From Rhodosorus marinus CCMP1338 (Eukaryota; Plantae; Rhodophyta): a stretch of 64,000 nucleotides of DNA. The translations under genes were made by a program, and so were the position numbers. This document shows positions 59,011-64,000 of the stretch, in pieces (the stretch's first letter is position 1; every line of letters begins with the position of its first letter). The notes under the pieces are model-generated. The model did no database searches. It was not told the origin of the DNA and worked only from the letters and a program-made list of their open reading frames with translations. The stretch spans positions 1,612,001-1,676,000 of the forward strand of contig JAMWBK010000008.1 of NCBI GenBank assembly GCA_029953675.1, in the 5' to 3' direction.

Positions 59011-62000
59011 GAAAAGTGGCATACTCGGTTTCCACACCACCACCGACAAGCCTAGGTTGTGGGCTGCGCCGTCGTCCCACACTTTCCCAAAACGGACATG
59101 TGATCGGACCCTAAATCAGCCGGAACGGGAAGCCGACGTTTATTGAATATCCATAAAAATATACCCACTCCGGCGCCTTCCCAACCCTCTCCACATATTC
59201 AGTAAATCCATCCAATCCTCTGATTCGAAGTCAAGGTTTTTTCCAGTAGGTTCTGGTGAATATCTTCGCAAAAAAATTTTATCCACTCCCAAAAATAGAT
59301 TTGCTTTATTCTTTTAATTTTCGCATGCGCCGTGATTGGAGAAATTAACCTCGACATTCGTCGATCAGAATTGCCAATCTACGGCAAATTCGCGCGGAAT
59401 TTTTGACGCGGACTAAATTAGGATATTTGAACCGATTAACGGATAGATTTGGGATTCGTTTGGATGCTGGGATATGCTTTGACATTCAAAAATATGCACT
59501 TTGGAGGTTGGAAGAAATAGCTCCCATCTCCATTTCCTCCAAAAAAATCCTAGAGTAGAAAAGCGCTGGAACACGCTCGACACACAATTTTCTTGGCTAC
59601 TCACCCCTCCCATGTTACTGTTTTTGTACTTCCTCTCGAGAGGTATTGTTTTTGGAAGGTACGGTGGACACAAGCGAGAACGTAGGTGAAAGCTGACACA
59701 AACGTATTTTCGTTTTAATGTTTAAATGATTCTAAACGCCAAAAATTTCCCAGCGCAAGTGGAAGAACGATGAGAAAACGTCAAAAAAAATCTGGATGCG
59801 ATATTTAAGGGGGGTGAGTGAGATCTGCCGTCTGTACGAAATTAATGTTAATGCCTTTTATTTGATTATCCAAACAACTCGGGCTGGAATTGATAGTTAC
59901 TGCTCACCCACGACATCTTTCCCAATCGGTGGTAGAAAGTGCGAAGGAAGGGGGCGCCAGGGGAGGGGAAGGGGTTGCGGAGAAAGTTGAAAGCTTTCGT
60001 TTACGCTTCCTCTACCAGCCCGGGTAGAGGAAGCTATTATCGAATTTGATGCACTGTGGGAATAGACCTTTTTTTCGTGAAATGGAAAGCCCGATTATCT
60101 TCGAGCATAGCCGATATTCTCTCACAATACGATTTGCTTCTGGTTGGAGGCTGCGGAAAAGTTGGCCGATCAAGAATTGGTTCGCTCCGTAGAGGGAGAA
60201 GCTTCTTTGGAAGTATCAGCAGCCACCAACGAGTGGGATAAATATAATTTTGTTTTTGCTGTCGTGTAGTAAAACAATTTTGTATTAGATTTGTTAGCGA
60301 GGATAGGGCGCAAACCTTTTGAGTTGAGATTGTTTTGAAACAAACGTGTCTTACATTTTTGGAAGAGCAAAGAGGCCAATTGTCCAAAAAGAAAATAGGC
60401 AGACAGTTTCCTTTTCTTCTGTTATTTTCTATTAAGGGGTGTTCTCCTCAGTCCTGGCAACCATGGAATTCAACACTTCCCTCTGATCTGTCCAAAAGCT
60501 TCCTCGAATGCGATTACCACCCCTCTTTCATGTATCTTCCTCCAGCAGATTCATCAACATTTGCACGCTATAGCTAAATACTTCCCGCATATCCTACATT
60601 CGCCTCCCCCCCCTCCACAGGTTCAGTGAATCCATCCAATCCTTCAACCTCCACACGTGGTAGTTAAAAACTTCCCCCACACCCTATATTTGCGTCTCCT
60701 CCCCCTCCCAAATATCACTCCAGCGGTTTGATCCACCGCCTGGGGAGATAGATAAAACCGACTCTCCCATATTCCTCCAGTTTGTTGTTGCCCGAATTGA
60801 GATTCCTTCCCTCTCCCCCTCTCCCCCCACAAAGTCTGCCGCTCCTCGTCACTTACGCCCTGAACATCCCTAGATATTCTCCGTGCGGTCTTGTTGTCTT
60901 GTTGGGTGGGCAGGAGGGCGCGTTCATGCTTTGTGCGGATGAAAAGATCTCCTCAGACCCTCGGAAGCGGCAGGAACTGTTGGCTTTTGGTTTCTGACTT
61001 TGGAAGGGCGCAACCCCAACGCGCAGCGCTGGAATAACAAATTCCCTCACCTCCCCAAACCTCGTCAGCCGAAGGCTCATGCAGAAGCTGAAAAAAACTG
61101 CTCAGTACTTTTGAGCAAAAGGAGGCCAATTGTCACACACGTAGATACCTTCCTTTCAACCGATCGTCCTGTTTTCCATGTAGCAATCGCGTTTTTTGAA
61201 ATACCACCGCACTCTATCCAGCAGATTCCTCCACCCCTCGCGATGTACGTAAAATCCACACATGCGATACTCCTCAATATTCCTCCAGTTGCTTGATTTT
61301 GGACATGACTCGACCCACCCCTCCGGCTCTCCAGTCTAACGCCAGCAAGATATTCTCCTTGCGGTAGTGTTGATTGGGAACACGAAGAACGCGCTCACGC
61401 TTACAACCAATACATTTTCCTGTAAACCCGCTAAACAACGCGAGCAAGTTAACAACGCCAGCGCACCTTTGGAGCTTTTCTGTTCTCGGGTTCGAGGCCA
61501 CGCAAAACCCCGTGGCCCCTAGACTACGTAACTACAAATTACTGGAATAATTCCCCATCTCCAGACCCTATTTCTCCCTGGCAAAGCGGCCTCGTGTGCG
61601 TGCGCGTCGTATGGAAACTACATATATTTTCGCTTCGGTCAACATGCCAGTAAGCCCTCCCAACTCCAATGGTCAAGAATCCGGAGGGAAGGCGGGGGAA
61701 AGGGGAGCCACCATCCTTACACAACTGTCCTCGATCGCGCACCATCTCCAAACTCTTTCAAAATCAAACGAAAATCTTCCCTGAATTGTTTCAGAGAAGA
61801 AAAAAAGATCGCGCATTTGCTTGATGTTTGCGCCGAAAAACAGGGGATGGAGAAACCTTTCCGCTGGACTAGTTTATGAATGAAATTTAAACTTTTAGAT
61901 CAGGTTGTCCAATGAAAAGGTGTTTTTGGAGTTGACAACGAAATATTATTTATTGAAAGGGTTCCAGAAGTGGACGAGTTAAGGTTGGCTAAGAACAAGC

Positions 62001-62308
62001 AGTAAACAAGAGTTTTGGGAGGGGAGGGGGGTTTGGGTTGTTGGAGGAATTGTACGTAATTTGTTGACTGGGTTACCGAATCGATTCCCCTCCGAAAAGT
62101 CGTTGTTTTTTTTCTTACCTTTCTCCTTTCATGGAAGCGGAAGCGACGTTGTTTGAGGGCGATGACACGCAATCCTGAGCCTGTGTTGAAGGGAATAGGG
62201 GATTCCGGTTCGTGGAAGGGAATTGGGTGACTGGGTATTCGTTTCTTCTGGTTTCTTTAAGCTTGCGAAAATTCATTGCATGAGTGATTGAACGAAAGGA
62301 TCGTTGAG

Positions 62309-62316
62309 TATAAATA
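62309..62316 (+). promoter_or_regulatory. Putative TATA box (TATAAATA), copy II
   Basis: About 150 bp upstream of ATG 62469; conserved in copy I. Confidence 0.55.
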
Positions 62317-62468
62317 TGGCTCCGTATCGCTGCCTGGCTAATCGCGGAGGAGTCTTTCATGCAGAGCATAGCAGCCGACTCTTAGGTGACGGCTTCTGAA
62401 GGGGACAGTGGAAGGCTAGTGTGAGAAAGGAAAGCGTGAGCTAGACGAAGGTTTTCCCCGGAGTGGCA

Positions 62469-64000
62469 ATGAAGGTTTCAACCGCAGTCTGCTTGGTGCT
62501 TGTCGGACTATGCGGGTCCGCCCTGAGTGGACCTGTCGCTGCGCCGCTGAGCTCGAGACCTCAGAGCCCGCTATTACCATGCTCGGATTTTGCTGATAAT
62601 TACGAGATTGTGAAGATCGGGGAGGATAACAACAGGTGCTACGATCTGCGCGTGGATGGAACCGGCGCCAAGGTCGGAACACTGTGTGTGAAAGTCAAGG
62701 AGTTTCCCAACGGGAAAACTTGCATCCAGTTCTCATTTGCCGCCAAGCAAGGATGGGAATTCTACAAACTTGAGGCTGGCGCGGCGCAGGGATGCGCCCT
62801 TAATCTGAGGACCGACCCCTTCCTGGTTTCTGCTGAGGGTTGGTTCACGTCGAAGAAACTCTACGTGTGTCTGAACAAGTTCCAGGCGTTCCCCGGACCA
62901 AACGGAGATGGATGCTGCAACGGAACGCTTTGTCTCTACCCAGCCGTGAAGGCACGCAAGGGATCTAACTATGTCTACGTACTCCCCGAAATTGATGAGA
63001 ATGATTGCAAGCAAAAGAATGGTGACGAATTTGTTGGTTGCAGGGTTCCCTTGGTCTGCGAGACCCCAACACCCGAGCCGACTCCAACCCCCCCAATGGA
63101 ATTGCCATGCGAGGACTATGCGGATGAGTTTTCCAGTGTTGTGATTGGAAATGAAGAGAACAAGACATGCTTCCAGCTGCGCGCCAACGGAAATGCTAAT
63201 GGTGCCCGTGTCGGAACCTTGTGCCTGAGTGTGAGACCGGCTGGCGAGAAAACTTGCATCGTATTTTACTTCATCGCATTCGCCCCGTACATATTCAAGG
63301 ACGCGAAGGCAGGGTTAGCGCATGATTGTGCCGATGAAAACAAGTACCCCTTCAAGGTCGTGAAGACAGGTCCATTCAAGCTCGCGAAAATATACGTGTG
63401 CCTGAACAAGTTTAGCTCTCCGCCTGGAGTTGATAATGGAGGATGCTGCAATGAAGACATCTGTATGTTCTCGCAGGTAACTGCTCTAGACACGAGTTTG
63501 TATAATGCACAGAAGTTTAAGGCTTCTCCTAAGGACGGGGGGAAGGGTTGCGAAGAGACCGATAACGGTTTCGACACTCAATGTAATGTGCCGTTGATCT
63601 GCACTAACTCGACACCATCGCCGACACCATCGCCGACACCATCGCCGACGCCATCGCCGACGCCATCGCCGACGCCATCGCCGACGCCATCGCCGACGCC
63701 ATCGCCGACACCATCGCCGACGCCATCGCCGACGCCATCGCCGACACCATCACCGACGCCATCGCCGACGCCATCGCCGACGCCATCGCCGACGCCATCG
63801 CCGACACCATCGCCGACACCATCGCCGACGCCATCGCCGACACCATCGCCGACACCATCGCCAACGCCATCGCCAACGCCATCGCCGACACCATCGCCGA
63901 CACCATCGCCGACACCATCGCCGACACCATCGCCGACGCCATCGCCGACGCCATCGCCGACACCATCGCCGACGCCATCGCCAACGCCATCGCCGACGCC
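62469..64000 (+). CDS. Secreted protein: signal peptide + two tandem Cys-rich domains + (SPTP)n stalk; runs off window (vWA expected by paralogy)
   Basis: Manual translation is open from ATG 62469 (MKVSTAVCLVLVGLCGSALSG...) to the window end; not in the ORF track, probably because no stop is reached. The second domain is highly similar to the 37957 ORF. Confidence 0.85.
   Translation, partial: MKVSTAVCLVLVGLCGSALSGPVAAPLSSRPQSPLLPCSDFADNYEIVKIGEDNNRCYDLRVDGTGAKVGTLCVKVKEFPNGKTCIQFSFAAKQGWEFYKLEAGAAQGCALNLRTDPFLVSAEGWFTSKKLYVCLNKFQAFPGPNGDGCCNGTLCLYPAVKARKGSNYVYVLPEIDENDCKQKNGDEFVGCRVPLVCETPTPEPTPTPPMELPCEDYADEFSSVVIGNEENKTCFQLRANGNANGARVGTLCLSVRPAGEKTCIVFYFIAFAPYIFKDAKAGLAHDCADENKYPFKVVKTGPFKLAKIYVCLNKFSSPPGVDNGGCCNEDICMFSQVTALDTSLYNAQKFKASPKDGGKGCEETDNGFDTQCNVPLICTNSTPSPTPSPTPSPTPSPTPSPTPSPTPSPTPSPTPSPTPSPTPSPTPSPTPSPTPSPTPSPTPSPTPSPTPSPTPSPTPSPTPSPTPSPTPSPTPSPTPSPTPSPTPSPTPSPTPSPTPSPTPSPTPSPT
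63611..64000 (+). repeat. 12-bp coding minisatellite TCGCCGAC[A/G]CCA (SPTP), continuing beyond window
   Basis: Seen directly. Confidence 0.95.

Larger units (their letters stand above)
51000..64000 (+). repeat. Segmental duplication, copy II
   Basis: See copy I; copy-specific inserts at ~51400-51900, ~55430-56830 and ~58400-61080. Confidence 0.85.

Overview
Eukaryotic nuclear DNA with short GT-AG introns. A red-algal (rhodophyte-like) origin is my inference from gene style and TE content, not proven. The first ~26 kb is gene-dense: signal peptidase I (runs off the left edge), PP2A B'/B56, eIF3h, two paralogous stand-alone BRK-Myb-like-BRK genes and TRAPPC8. A dead chromodomain-bearing Ty3/gypsy element sits at 18.2-23.4 kb; its gag is inverted and it carries a ~650-bp palindrome. 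From ~26 kb the window is mostly TE remnants, organised as an old direct segmental duplication (~29-39 kb vs ~51-64 kb). Each copy ends in a Cys-rich-domain + (SPTP)n gene. Copy I also has a vWA domain but has lost its signal peptide; copy II is intact at the N-terminus and runs off the right edge. At least 12 fragments of RLE-type (CRE-like) non-LTR retrotransposons are present, nearly all on the minus strand. The main subfamily ends in telomere-like (TTTACTGG[A/G]C) tails and sits next to G-rich tracts; this is the most notable candidate system. All alignments and translations were done by eye; no searches were run.
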